Below, in pieces: positions 18,257 through 28,093 of a DNA stretch of 64,000 nucleotides (position 1 is the first letter of the stretch; each line of letters starts with the position of its first letter). The stretch covers positions 8,641-72,640 of the forward strand of contig JACDHR010000001.1 in the NCBI GenBank assembly GCA_013820915.1. Direction: 5' to 3'. A program made the position numbers and the translations under genes. The stretch is from Gemmatimonadota bacterium. GTDB lineage: Bacteria; Gemmatimonadota; Gemmatimonadetes; Longimicrobiales; Longimicrobiaceae. The notes under the pieces were generated by a model. The model had not been told where the DNA came from, searched no databases, and was given only the letters and a program-made list of their open reading frames with translations.

Positions 18257-19485
18257 GAGGGAAAGTGTCGGGAAGCTATCGCACCCTCGTTCTGCTCCTC
18301 GCCGCGGGCGCGCTCCTGTTCGCGGGAGCGGCGGCGGCCGCCGCGCAGGATAGGCTCTCCGTACTCGCCGAGGCGGGCACCCCCATGGTGGCGATGGAGG
18401 TCCTGCTCGCGACCGGCCCCGCGCACGAGGACACGGCGCAGGCGGGGGTCTCGTACCTCGCGGCGCGTTCGATCGTAGACCCAATCCGCAACGCGCTGGA
18501 CGCGATGGGAGCTTCGGTGGGCGTACAGGTGCACAAGGACGCGGTGGCGTTCTCGCTGCTGGCGGCGCCGGATGCGTGGCAGGAAGCATCCCGCGCGTTG
18601 CTGGTCGCGCTCTTCCGCGACCCGGTGGAGAACGCCGCGGTGGAGCGCGAGCGGCGCGCGATCCGCACCGAGCTGGAGGGCCGCACCGCGAACCCGGCCG
18701 ACGCTCTCGCGCGCACGGTGGACGAGGCGTTCTGGGGGCCGCGGCACCCATGGGGCCGCTCTCCGGTCGGCACTCTCCAGACGGTGCAGCGCCTTACGCT
18801 GGCCGAGGTGGATGCCTTCCTCCGCGAGCACTTCACGCCGAGCCGCACCTACATCGTGGTGGTCGGCCCCGTAGCGGCGGGCGAGGTGGCAGACCACCTC
18901 CTCCCGTTCCTGGGCGACGCACCGGCCGCGCGGCCGGTGATCGCGCCCGCGGCTCCTCTCGAGTCCCCGGTGCTGCGGGACTACAACTCGATCACGACGT
19001 GGATCTCCGCCAGCTACCCCATCCCCGACGGCGCCGATGTGGAAGCGCTCCGACTTCTCACGCACCTTGTCACCGAGGCGATCTCGTTCGGTCCGCGACG
19101 TCCTTCGGTATACGACGCACGCGGCGATCTCTTCATGCGCGCCGGAGGCGGCGGCGAGGTCCGCTTCCAACTCGTCGTTCCCCCACGTGAGGCCGAGGAC
19201 TGGGCGCGGCGGATCCAGGAGGCGGTCGCCCAACTGGCGATCCGGCCGCTCGCGGAGGGCGAATTCGAGGAGAGCAGCCGCAGCTATCGGGGCACTCGTC
19301 TTCTGGAGTTGAACTCCCCGGAAGCGCGCGCCCGCGAGCTGGCTCGCCGGCTCTACCTGAACCAGCCGCTCACGAAGGTCACGGAGTTCGAGGAGATGAG
19401 CCGCACCCGGCTGCATGCAGCGGCCCGCTCTCTGCACAGCCCGGTCGTGGTGATCCTGGGACCGGCCATCACACGCGGCGAATAG
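18253..19485 (+). CDS. M16 family protein, non-catalytic type (no HxxEH)
   Basis: GTG start overlapping the previous stop. M16-like layout with signal peptide. GVSYLAARS sits at the motif position. Confidence 0.72.
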   Translation: MRGKVSGSYRTLVLLLAAGALLFAGAAAAAAQDRLSVLAEAGTPMVAMEVLLATGPAHEDTAQAGVSYLAARSIVDPIRNALDAMGASVGVQVHKDAVAFSLLAAPDAWQEASRALLVALFRDPVENAAVERERRAIRTELEGRTANPADALARTVDEAFWGPRHPWGRSPVGTLQTVQRLTLAEVDAFLREHFTPSRTYIVVVGPVAAGEVADHLLPFLGDAPAARPVIAPAAPLESPVLRDYNSITTWISASYPIPDGADVEALRLLTHLVTEAISFGPRRPSVYDARGDLFMRAGGGGEVRFQLVVPPREAEDWARRIQEAVAQLAIRPLAEGEFEESSRSYRGTRLLELNSPEARARELARRLYLNQPLTKVTEFEEMSRTRLHAAARSLHSPVVVILGPAITRGE

Positions 19486-19504
19486 CGAACAAGGGGGTGG
19501 GCTG

Positions 19505-19759
19505 ATGGGCTGGATGCTGCTGTACTACACGCTCGAAGTCTTCAAGTGGCTGATCATCGTGCGGGCGGTGATGTCGTGGTTCGTGCCGCCCCACTCGCGC
19601 AACCCACTGGTCGAGCTGATGCGGCGGATCACCGACCCGATCCTGCGCCCCGTCGCCGGTGTGCTCCCGAACATGGGCGGAGTGGATCTCTCGCCGATCG
19701 TGGCCTTCTTCGCGATCATTCTGCTGCAGAGATTGATCGTCCGCATGATGATTTACTAG
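19505..19759 (+). CDS. yggT: YggT family membrane protein
   Basis: 84 aa with two TM segments. IIVRAVMSWF...PILRPV...P..GGVDLSPIV pattern. Confidence 0.85.
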   Translation: MGWMLLYYTLEVFKWLIIVRAVMSWFVPPHSRNPLVELMRRITDPILRPVAGVLPNMGGVDLSPIVAFFAIILLQRLIVRMMIY

Positions 19760-19775
19760 CCGCCGTCTACCGGGT

Positions 19776-20369
19776 CTACCGGGGGCGGCTGAAATCCACC
19801 TGCGGGGGCTGCTCCACGCCTGGAGGCGGCTGAAACGGCTCCTTACGGCCCGCACCGACCACGCGCGCGGTTACTGCCTGGGGGAACTGGCGGATGTAGG
19901 TATTGTGCTGACGCACGGCCTCGTTGTAGTCACGACGTGCCACGCTGATCCGGTTCTCGCTCTCGGCGAGCTGGTCCTGCAGCGCCTGGAAGTTTTGGGT
20001 CGCGCGGAGGTCGGGGTAGCGCTCCACGGCGATGTTGAGGTAGGTGCCGATCTGCCGACCGAGTTGCGCGTCGGCAACCGACATCTGCTCCACGTCGCCG
20101 CGCTCCACCGCCTCGGCCACCTGCTGTTGTGCCTGCTGCACCCCGGCGCGCGCCTGGGCCACATCGGTGAATGTCCCGCGCTCGAACTCCGCCGCACCCT
20201 GCACGGTCGCGACGATGTTGGGGATGAGTTGATTCCGGTTCGTCAGCTCGACGGCGATGTTGGACTGAAGCTCCTCGGTCCGCTCGTCAAGCGCCTGGAT
20301 GCGGTTGTACCCGCACCCGGGCAACGTCACGCCGACCAGCAGGACCAGCGCAAAGCGTCCTCTCCGCAT
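19776..20369 (-). CDS. lemA: LemA family lipoprotein
   Basis: ATG at 20369 gives MRRGRFALVLLVGVTLPGC (lipobox). LemA motifs NRNQLIPNIV and RYPDLRATQNF...ENRISVARRDYNEAV are present. Confidence 0.9.
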   Translation of the reverse strand: MRRGRFALVLLVGVTLPGCGYNRIQALDERTEELQSNIAVELTNRNQLIPNIVATVQGAAEFERGTFTDVAQARAGVQQAQQQVAEAVERGDVEQMSVADAQLGRQIGTYLNIAVERYPDLRATQNFQALQDQLAESENRISVARRDYNEAVRQHNTYIRQFPQAVTARVVGAGRKEPFQPPPGVEQPPQVDFSRPR

Positions 20370-20430
20370 TGATTGCCTCCTACAGGAATGAAAAAGCAGG
20401 ATACCGGGAAGATAACGCTGCACGTATAGA

Positions 20431-21240
20431 CTACGATACCTCACCGCTCCGGGGCGCGGCCGGGGCAGAGGAGCGGACATCCCGCACGTCGCCGACTCGG
20501 GGAGCTCGATTCCCGAGCCCATCCACCCACTCCACCGTCTGTGCCACCGCCCGCAGATAGCCGGTCACCACCGGATCCGCCGGTGCCGGCTCGAACGCCG
20601 TACCCGCCTTGCGCACCCGCAGGATCTCGAGCAGTGGCGCGGGATCGAAACCGGCCCGAACCGCAACCGCGCGGACCACTTCGCTCGCGTCGGGGGGCAC
20701 TGCATCGCCGACGAGACGCAGTGCGGTACGGAAAAGCACAAGGAAGGTGGAGATCGAGCGCCGCAGCAGCTCACCCAACTCGCCCGGCTCCTCGGCGGCG
20801 AGCAGGAAGTGCTCGCGTAGCTGGATGAGCTTTCCCTTCAACTCACGCTCGCACTGCAGCCGAAGGTGCTCACGGTCGATCACCAGCTCGGCGAACGGAT
20901 CGGCACCGTAGAGCACGCGGTGCGCTTCCTGGATATCGCTGTACTCGATCGGGAAGATATCGAGGGAGCGGCTAAGCTCCTCCTCCGACAGGAGCAGCGG
21001 CGGTGGGTTCCCCTCGCTCACCCAGCGGCGGGCGAGCGCCGAGCCGCGGCGGATGAGCATCGGGTCCGCACTGCGCAGCAGGACGAGCAAGTTCAAGTCA
21101 GACACTCCCTCGTGGAACTGGTCGCGCGCCGCGGAGCCGTACAGCACCACGCAGATCACCTCCTCACCGTACGCCGCGATAAGGTCGCCCGTCAATACTT
21201 CCGCCCGCTGAATCTCCTGCCCCATCGGTCTTCTCCGCAT
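20431..21240 (-). CDS. nucleotidyltransferase-domain protein with helical C-terminal domain
   Basis: ATG at 21240, 5 nt after the TPM stop. The pol-beta-type NTase motif is LYGSAARDQFHEGVSDLNLLV. The upstream part of ORF 20431..21525 is an alternative frame of the TPM Gly-rich tail. Confidence 0.65.
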   Translation of the reverse strand: MRRRPMGQEIQRAEVLTGDLIAAYGEEVICVVLYGSAARDQFHEGVSDLNLLVLLRSADPMLIRRGSALARRWVSEGNPPPLLLSEEELSRSLDIFPIEYSDIQEAHRVLYGADPFAELVIDREHLRLQCERELKGKLIQLREHFLLAAEEPGELGELLRRSISTFLVLFRTALRLVGDAVPPDASEVVRAVAVRAGFDPAPLLEILRVRKAGTAFEPAPADPVVTGYLRAVAQTVEWVDGLGNRAPRVGDVRDVRSSAPAAPRSGEVS

Positions 21241-21244
21241 CTGG

Positions 21245-22195
21245 TTACCAGCCTCCTCCGGCGCCGCCGCCGCCGAAACCACCGCCGCCACCGAACCCGC
21301 CAAAACCTCCGCCCCCGAACCCGCCAAAACCTCCGCCCCCGCCACCGCCACCAAACCCGCCGCGGCCCCATCCGCCGCCGATCGGGAACGGGACGACCGC
21401 GAGTCCGCCCCTGCGCCGCCGCCCGCCGCGCCCTCCTCGCCCGCCGCCCCCACCGCGCCCGCCACCGCGGCGCGAGAACAGGATAATGAGCAGCAGAACG
21501 AGGAGCAGGACGAAGAAGGATCCACCCCGGCGTTCCCCGCCGGGCGCTCCCCGCTCGGGCAGCGCGGGGAGCTCGCCGGTCAGCTCGAATCCGAACCGCG
21601 TCGCGTACTCCCGCGCGAGCCCCGCCGTGGCCGCGAGGATCCCCTCTCCGAACCTGCGCTGCTGAAAGGCAGGCACCATCAGATCGCGGCCGATTCGTCC
21701 GGCTTCCGCCGCCGTGACGAACGTATTCGTTCCGAGTCCCGTCTCGATCCGCCACTGCCGGTCCTGAACCGATACCAGGATCACCGCTCCCGTATTTCGA
21801 GCGGGATCTCCCGGCTCGCCCGCGCGCCCGATCCGCCACTCTCTCCCGATCTGACGCGCCACCTCGCTTGCCGGCCGCCCCTCCAGCGAGGGCAGCGTGA
21901 CCACAACGATCTCACCGCCGGATTTGGTGCGCACCTCGTCGATGATCCGCTCGATCTGGCGCTCCTGCTCGGGAGAGATCACATTGGCGAAGTCATTCAC
22001 GTAGCCTGTCGGCTGCGGCAGGCGGAGCTGTGCGGCAGCGGGCACGGCCGCGAGCAGCAGCACCAGGAAGACGGTCAGGACAGGCCGCGGAACCGCGCTC
22101 CAGCGGTCGAACCCGGGCGGCAGGTCTTGATCTACCGGTATATTGCGTGTACGTTGCAGCAAAGCCCACCTGGTTGATTGACCTGTCGAATTCAA
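21245..22195 (-). CDS. TPM-domain (YgcG-like) membrane protein with Gly-rich C-terminal tail
   Basis: YVNDFANVIS...IVVVTLPSL...AVILVSVQDRQWRIETG TPM pattern, then a TM segment and a GGFGG-rich tail. The exact start is uncertain. Confidence 0.85.
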   Translation of the reverse strand: MNSTGQSTRWALLQRTRNIPVDQDLPPGFDRWSAVPRPVLTVFLVLLLAAVPAAAQLRLPQPTGYVNDFANVISPEQERQIERIIDEVRTKSGGEIVVVTLPSLEGRPASEVARQIGREWRIGRAGEPGDPARNTGAVILVSVQDRQWRIETGLGTNTFVTAAEAGRIGRDLMVPAFQQRRFGEGILAATAGLAREYATRFGFELTGELPALPERGAPGGERRGGSFFVLLLVLLLIILFSRRGGGRGGGGGRGGRGGRRRRGGLAVVPFPIGGGWGRGGFGGGGGGGGFGGFGGGGFGGFGGGGGFGGGGAGGGW

Positions 22196-22214
22196 CCCGA
22201 ACCCTGAGTTGCCG

Positions 22215-22991
22215 ATGAAGCGTCCGTTCGTAATACTCGCCGTGCTTCTGCCGCTTGCTGCAGCCGCGTGCGGCCGAGAGCCCCAGGTAGTGGTGGAAGC
22301 CGCAACGACTCACCCCGAGACCGGAGCGCGTCAGGCGCTCGCCGATCTGCCGGTCCGCCTCCTCCCCTACGACCGCGACGCGATCTTCGATTCGCTCGAA
22401 GCTGCGTTCGCCGAGCCGGAGCCAGCCCTCCCACCCGAGCTGCTGGAACAGCAACGCCAGATCCAGACCGCCGAAACGGAGTGGCGCACCGCGGAGGAGC
22501 GCTGGGGCGAGGTCCGTGACTCGCTGCGCGTGCTTGCCGGGCAACTGCAGCAGATGGGTCAGGCCGGGCAGCGCGCCACGCCGCAGTACGTGCAGGCGTT
22601 CCGCAACTACGAGCGCCTCGAAAGCGAAGTATCACAGGTGCAGGGGCGTTCGCAGAATGCGTTCCAGCGCTACGATCAGCTTCAGCGCACCTTCCTCACG
22701 CAGGCGGACTCCATCCGCGTCGTCCGTGAGCAGTGGGGTGAACGCGCCTTCGCCGACTTCGACCGAGTCGTCGATGCGCGGCTGCAGCAGGCCGGCCGCG
22801 AAGAGTATGCCGATACCACCGGCGGCGCAGGGGTCGCGACGTTCCGCGCTCCGACCGGCCGTTGGTGGGTGTACGCGCGCTATCGGCTGCCATTCGAGGA
22901 GCTGTATTGGAACGTCCCTCTGGAGGTGACCGGCGACAGCGTCGGCGTTGTGCTGACTCGCGAGAACGCACAGGTCCGGCCGGCGATGTAA
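22215..22991 (+). CDS. hypothetical lipoprotein (coiled-coil N-terminal half)
   Basis: MKRPFVILAVLLPLAAAAC lipobox. High GC3 coding pattern. No recognisable family. Confidence 0.6.
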   Translation: MKRPFVILAVLLPLAAAACGREPQVVVEAATTHPETGARQALADLPVRLLPYDRDAIFDSLEAAFAEPEPALPPELLEQQRQIQTAETEWRTAEERWGEVRDSLRVLAGQLQQMGQAGQRATPQYVQAFRNYERLESEVSQVQGRSQNAFQRYDQLQRTFLTQADSIRVVREQWGERAFADFDRVVDARLQQAGREEYADTTGGAGVATFRAPTGRWWVYARYRLPFEELYWNVPLEVTGDSVGVVLTRENAQVRPAM

Positions 22992-23035
22992 AGGAAAAGC
23001 GGCACGATGTCGGCAAATGTAACAGGGCGCTGCTC

Positions 23036-23065
23036 CCCCGCGGGGGAGCAGCGCCTTCTCCATCC
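23036..23065. terminator. bidirectional perfect hairpin between convergent genes
   Basis: ggcgctgctccccc-gc-gggggagcagcgcc (14-bp arms), between the stop at 22991 (+) and the tamB stop at 23138 (-). Confidence 0.65.
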
Positions 23066-23137
23066 AACCGCTCCCGGCAGCGGGGATCGATTTACGCCGA
23101 GCCCGGGCGGGACGAGCGGGCCGATCAAGCGGGGCGA

Positions 23138-26100
23138 TCATCGGTCCGGCTCCCGCTCTGGCGGCACGGCCGGCGCGGGAGCGGATGAAGGCTGAGCCTC
23201 CTCGGTCGCGAGGGGCACTCGCGGCTCCGCGGGGGTGAATCCGTACTCCCACCGGCGGCGCAGATCCAGCGAGAACTGACGGGTCAGATTCGTGCCGAGC
23301 GGCTGAAGGAGCAGGTCGCGGCGCAGGGGCTCCCAGGCGCCGCGCACACTCCACTGGGGGTCGATCTGCCACTCCAGGCTCGCGCCCCAGGTATCTCCGA
23401 GGTCACCGCCGAAGAGCCGCCCCACCCCCCACTCGACCGTCCAGAACACCTCGGGCGCGATCTGCCAGCCGACCTCGATCGTGGTGGCGCCCAGCGCGGT
23501 AGGTCCGAATCCCGTCGGGGTGGGACGCCCGCGCACGCGCACGTAATCGAATGGCAGACCCGCCTGCTGGATCAACTGCTCCACCTGGGTCGCAACCACC
23601 CCGCCGGCCAGCTCCTGCAGGATAAGCTGCTGCGCCAGCCCGCCGCCGACCTCGCCGAGCGCGAAGGTCGGACGCCCGAAGATCAGGTAGCTCAGGAGCT
23701 CCGACTCGGGGAGCGGCGGCTGTGTGTCGCTCGTCAGCTGGATACGCGGGAACTGTACGCTCCCGGTAATCTGGACCAGGATATTGAGCGTTGGGCTACC
23801 CCCCGCACCCGCGCTGGCAGTCCGGATCCGGTGCTGTGCGAGGATGTCGAGCGAAGGGTTCAGATCCGGGGTCCCGAAGAATTCGATGCGGCCGCTCACA
23901 ACGTCGAACTCCCGAACCAGGGGGCCGATCGATAGCGTGTAGCTCCCGCGACGCGCCAGCAGGTCGCCGAACACCTGCCACTCCACGGGCGAGAGCCGGG
24001 AGACGACGAGTTCCCCGCCTAGCTGGACCCGGGCCTCGGGAGATACGGCCCACACCCCGTCGCCGATCGTGATTTCGAGACCGGAGATCCGGATCTGCTC
24101 CACCAGGGTGGGCTCCAACGCCTCGGCGGGGAGCGCGCCCTCACCGATCTCGCCGACATCCACATCCGTGATCTCGAAGACGTCGCGGTCCTCGATTGCC
24201 GGGAGCGTGATGGTCCCGCTGGAGAGTTCCACGCGGCCGCTGAGCACGGGCGTCGGGAAGCGCCCCGTCAGAGTCACGGGTCCCGAAATCGCGATCGAAG
24301 CAACGTTTGCACGGTCGATCGCACGGAACTGGTTGAAGCTGGCGCTCAGGTCCAGCTGCGGCCGGGTCCGGTCGTCGACCTGAATGACGCCGCTGAGCGC
24401 CACGCCGCCTCCACTGCGGGCGGTCAGAGACTCCACCTGGATGCTCTGCCCCTGCATCGCGACGCGCGCATCGATCTCCTCGTAGCGCACGCCTAGCTCG
24501 GTGAGGGTGATCCCCCCTCCGGCCACCGTCGCCCAACCTTGCAGATCCGGCGTGCCCAGGGGGCCGCCAACCGTCAACTCGCCGGCCACCACGCCCGTAC
24601 CCTGGACGGCGCCGGGAATGGCCGCGGCGAGCAGCCCGAAAGGGATCGAATCCGCGACCACGCGCGCCGATACCGGCTGCGCGTCGAGCAGCTCGATCTG
24701 CGGCAACAGGTTTTCGAAGGCAAGCTGCATCGGGATCGTGGCCTGCGCGTTGCCGACTTGCACGCCATTCTGCCAGAGCGCCGCGTCCGCTGTCGCGCCG
24801 CCATCCGCATAGCGTGCGCTCACCGCAAGCGCCTCGACATCGATGTCGCGGAAGCGCAGATTCGCGATCCGTGCGTCGAGGAACAGCTCGGGCGCGGCGG
24901 AAGGACCTTCGAGCGACGCCTCCAGCGTGAGAACGCCCTCGATCTGAGGCGCATTCGGCACCAACTGGCGCAGCTCGCCGACATCGACATTGGTAGCACG
25001 GACCCGGAAGTCGAGCGCGCCCGTGGGCGGAAGACGGCCGTCCATCTCGATCCATCCTTCCTCGACTACCGCACCTGCGCGTTGAGCTTGGCGCTCCGTA
25101 CCCGTGAAGGTCCGGCGCAGCACCAGACTGTCTACCTCTACCCCGGCGATCTCGCCCCACCGAACGCCGGTGGGCGCCTGAAGCTGCCAGAGGCTCCCGT
25201 TCAGACGCAGCGCGAGTGCCTGCAGGGCGAGGCCCTGAGGCACCTGCTCCTCCATCTCCAGCGTACCCGAGAGCGTGAGGTCGGTGGTACGATCCCGCCG
25301 CGCAAGCAGACCGACTGAGACGGCTTCCGGCGTGCCGACCGCCTGGACCCGGATCGCCTGCAGCGCCTCCCTGCCCGCCAGAAGTGCGTTTTCGGCGTCG
25401 ACGGTCGCCTCGCCACTCCACCCCTCCGGTGTAAGGCTGGCGTCCACGTCGAGCGCGAGAGAAGCGGCACGCCACCCATCCAGGCGCAGGTTCCGGCCGC
25501 GGGCCGAGGCGTTGATGATCGGGTTCTCCAGCGTGCCCGCCACCGTGCCCGTCGCGTTGATGGCGCCGGTAAGCTGCGGCTCCACCCGCTGCATCGCCAC
25601 CAGCACCGGGGTGAGCGCCGCGAGGTTCGGCGATACGAGCGAGAAGCGGAGCGGCTCCGCCGCGGGACTCGTGATCCCCCATGCGCCAGCGGCCACCAGG
25701 CGTGTACCGGCCAGCGCCAGCGCCAGCGTGTCCAGGCGCAGGACCCCGGCATCCACAGCCATCTGCGCCGTCGCCGCCTGCAGTCGCATACCGCCCACTG
25801 TGGAGGCAGAGGCGTCGAAACTCAGCCGCCCGGTCATCGACTCGGGATCGGTGCCCGCGCCCTCGACCGCAACGACGGCGTTCAGGTTCGTGCGTGGCAT
25901 CTGCTCCAGCCCCGGGACCAGCCCCAGGTCGAGCCCCCCGATGGTACCAGAAAAGGCGTAGGTGGGAACGTCCAGGGGCGAAACCCAACCTTCCACGTCC
26001 AGCGCGGCGCGCTCGCCGCGCAGGCCCACATCGAAGAGATAAGGCTGCCGCCCGCCTCCGCTGAGGCGGATGTCACCCGTGAGCGGGGACGCGAAGAGCC

Positions 26101-28093
26101 CGGTGCGGCCGATCAGCGTACCCACTCGGAACTCGGTAACCTGACCCGCCACATCGAGCACCGGAGGGCCGTCGGGAAGACGCACGCGCCCGGCGAGCGC
26201 GAACCGCCCCTCTGCCTGGGTGAAGTCCACGTCGAAACGCAGATCTTCCGTGGTCCCTTCCAGAAGGAACGGACCGGATATGGGGCCGGCGAAGGGGAGA
26301 TCCTGGCGCAGCAGGCGCGCGGGGAGCAGTGCTTGCAACTGCCCGGCAACGCGGAAGCTGAGCGGCTCGCCGAAGACGAAGGAGCCGGATGTCTCGAAGC
26401 CGCCCGGCTCACCACGCAAATTCGTGCTGAACTGCATGCCCTCCGCGGTGCCGGAGAGCTGTACCTGCCCGGCAAGGGAGGTCCGCCGGAACGGGAATGC
26501 GGGGGCGATCTCAGCCACGGTCGCGAGCGCGAGCGGCTGGACGATCGCATCCACCTCGTAGCGAAGCTCCGGCTCCAGAGTCACCGCGCCTGAGAGAGCG
26601 GCGAGCCGCGTGGCCGGCGCGGTGCCGACCTCGTAGGCGAGATCGCCGTCGTCGATGCGGATGCTGCGCGGCGTGCCACTCAGCAGCACGCTGCCGACGA
26701 CCATGCCACGCAGCCGCTCCTCCTGCTCGGGCAGGAGCGGGCGGAGAGCGGCAAGGTGGAGCGGGCGCACGCTCACGCGCAGACCGTCCAGCCGTACCCC
26801 CTCGTCCTCCACGAAGGCGAGGGCGCCCTCCGCCGCCAGCGTGGAGATCGGCACATCCGGAAGGCCGCGCGGAGTCACGGTGGCGACCAGGTCCACCGCC
26901 AGCGGGCCCTCCAGCCCTTCCACCTCCGCGATCGTCGCTACCCGGCCGCGCACCTGCCCCTCGAAGGGTACCTGCTCGCCCAGCCCGAAGGCATCCAGCA
27001 GCGCCAGGTCGAGCGGGTCGAGCAGCAGCTCTGTGTCCATGAAGGTCGGCGGCTGATCTCCGCCCACGACCACCGTGACGCGGCCCGCCGCGCGAGACCC
27101 CGGCGCCACGATCTCCGCATCGCGCACCGCGTACGTCGTACGACCATCCGGTCTGGTCGCGATGTCCAGCGCAAGTGTTGCCGCCCCTTCCGGCGGGACG
27201 AGCGCCGAGAACCAGCGCAGATCGCGGAAGTCCACGGGTGTGGCCGCGATCTGCGCGTCGATCTGCATCGTTTCGCCCACCGTGCGGATCTGCCCCGACC
27301 CGCCCAGTTCAGAGTGATCGGTGCGGAGCGTCTGCAGCGCGAAGCGGAAGCCGTCGGGCGCCTCCGCCATAGCGCCGCGCAGCTGCGCGACCCGCACATC
27401 GGGGTCGGTCAGCCGGGCGTCGAGATCCGCGACCTCCACCCGCCACCCCGCCTGACCGCCGACGCGCACCTCGGGGAGCCGGGCGTTGAGCGCCTGCACC
27501 GTGCGAATCCGGTAGGGGATGCCTGCGACCTGCGCGAGACGGAACTCCGCGGGTGCGGTGGCCTCCCCCTCCTCTGAAGGCGTCCACGGCGTGGCGAGCG
27601 ACACACGGCCACCCGTCACGCGTACGCCGGCAAAGACCAGCGCCCGCCCCTCGACCTCCTCAGCCGGCACGATATCCTCTCCCGCCGCGGTGGCGCGTGT
27701 GATGCGCGCGATGTTCCACTCGCCGGCCGGGGACTGCACAAGCCGCATGGAGGGGTCGCGCAGCTCCACGTCGGTGAAGACGATGGGGCCGTCCCCTCCC
27801 AGCGCACGCGGGTCCAGCCGGAAGTGGGCGAGTGGAGCGCCGATCACCGTATCGCCGGCCTCGTCGAGGAGCGCGACGGCTCGCGCCGTGATGCGGACCC
27901 GCCCTTCCGAGATCGACTCCAGCTGGAACGCCGTGGGCGGGAGATTCAGCGCCTGCTGAAACGCGATCCGGAGCGCGCCCTCGCGCGCTGCCTGGGTGTA
28001 GAACCAGAAAGCGAGCCCGACGAAGAGCAGGCCGAAGAAGAGCCCGGCCACGATCGCTCCGATTCTGCGCCGCCGGACGCGCCACCCGGACAT
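23138..28093 (-). CDS. tamB: translocation and assembly module protein TamB (AsmA-like, DUF490-type C-terminus)
   Basis: 1651 aa. N-terminal TM anchor (IVAGLFFGLLFVGLAFWFY) and a long beta-rich body. The start overlaps the tamA stop by 1 nt (TGATG on the minus strand). Confidence 0.85.
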   Translation of the reverse strand: MSGWRVRRRRIGAIVAGLFFGLLFVGLAFWFYTQAAREGALRIAFQQALNLPPTAFQLESISEGRVRITARAVALLDEAGDTVIGAPLAHFRLDPRALGGDGPIVFTDVELRDPSMRLVQSPAGEWNIARITRATAAGEDIVPAEEVEGRALVFAGVRVTGGRVSLATPWTPSEEGEATAPAEFRLAQVAGIPYRIRTVQALNARLPEVRVGGQAGWRVEVADLDARLTDPDVRVAQLRGAMAEAPDGFRFALQTLRTDHSELGGSGQIRTVGETMQIDAQIAATPVDFRDLRWFSALVPPEGAATLALDIATRPDGRTTYAVRDAEIVAPGSRAAGRVTVVVGGDQPPTFMDTELLLDPLDLALLDAFGLGEQVPFEGQVRGRVATIAEVEGLEGPLAVDLVATVTPRGLPDVPISTLAAEGALAFVEDEGVRLDGLRVSVRPLHLAALRPLLPEQEERLRGMVVGSVLLSGTPRSIRIDDGDLAYEVGTAPATRLAALSGAVTLEPELRYEVDAIVQPLALATVAEIAPAFPFRRTSLAGQVQLSGTAEGMQFSTNLRGEPGGFETSGSFVFGEPLSFRVAGQLQALLPARLLRQDLPFAGPISGPFLLEGTTEDLRFDVDFTQAEGRFALAGRVRLPDGPPVLDVAGQVTEFRVGTLIGRTGLFASPLTGDIRLSGGGRQPYLFDVGLRGERAALDVEGWVSPLDVPTYAFSGTIGGLDLGLVPGLEQMPRTNLNAVVAVEGAGTDPESMTGRLSFDASASTVGGMRLQAATAQMAVDAGVLRLDTLALALAGTRLVAAGAWGITSPAAEPLRFSLVSPNLAALTPVLVAMQRVEPQLTGAINATGTVAGTLENPIINASARGRNLRLDGWRAASLALDVDASLTPEGWSGEATVDAENALLAGREALQAIRVQAVGTPEAVSVGLLARRDRTTDLTLSGTLEMEEQVPQGLALQALALRLNGSLWQLQAPTGVRWGEIAGVEVDSLVLRRTFTGTERQAQRAGAVVEEGWIEMDGRLPPTGALDFRVRATNVDVGELRQLVPNAPQIEGVLTLEASLEGPSAAPELFLDARIANLRFRDIDVEALAVSARYADGGATADAALWQNGVQVGNAQATIPMQLAFENLLPQIELLDAQPVSARVVADSIPFGLLAAAIPGAVQGTGVVAGELTVGGPLGTPDLQGWATVAGGGITLTELGVRYEEIDARVAMQGQSIQVESLTARSGGGVALSGVIQVDDRTRPQLDLSASFNQFRAIDRANVASIAISGPVTLTGRFPTPVLSGRVELSSGTITLPAIEDRDVFEITDVDVGEIGEGALPAEALEPTLVEQIRISGLEITIGDGVWAVSPEARVQLGGELVVSRLSPVEWQVFGDLLARRGSYTLSIGPLVREFDVVSGRIEFFGTPDLNPSLDILAQHRIRTASAGAGGSPTLNILVQITGSVQFPRIQLTSDTQPPLPESELLSYLIFGRPTFALGEVGGGLAQQLILQELAGGVVATQVEQLIQQAGLPFDYVRVRGRPTPTGFGPTALGATTIEVGWQIAPEVFWTVEWGVGRLFGGDLGDTWGASLEWQIDPQWSVRGAWEPLRRDLLLQPLGTNLTRQFSLDLRRRWEYGFTPAEPRVPLATEEAQPSSAPAPAVPPEREPDR

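Noticed and set aside
16811-18751. 646-aa minus-strand ORF crossing the octamer array and the M16 genes
   Set aside because: Extreme Arg/Pro/Gly composition. It reads straight through an 8-bp-period repeat and is antisense to two M16-like genes, so it is not coding.
24141-25988. 615-aa minus-strand alternative-frame ORF inside tamB, along with many other 100-400-aa ORFs overlapping dnaE, metG, sucA, lpdA and the kinases
   Set aside because: All overlap well-supported genes and have Arg/Gly/Pro-dominated translations. No independent start signals or motifs are present.
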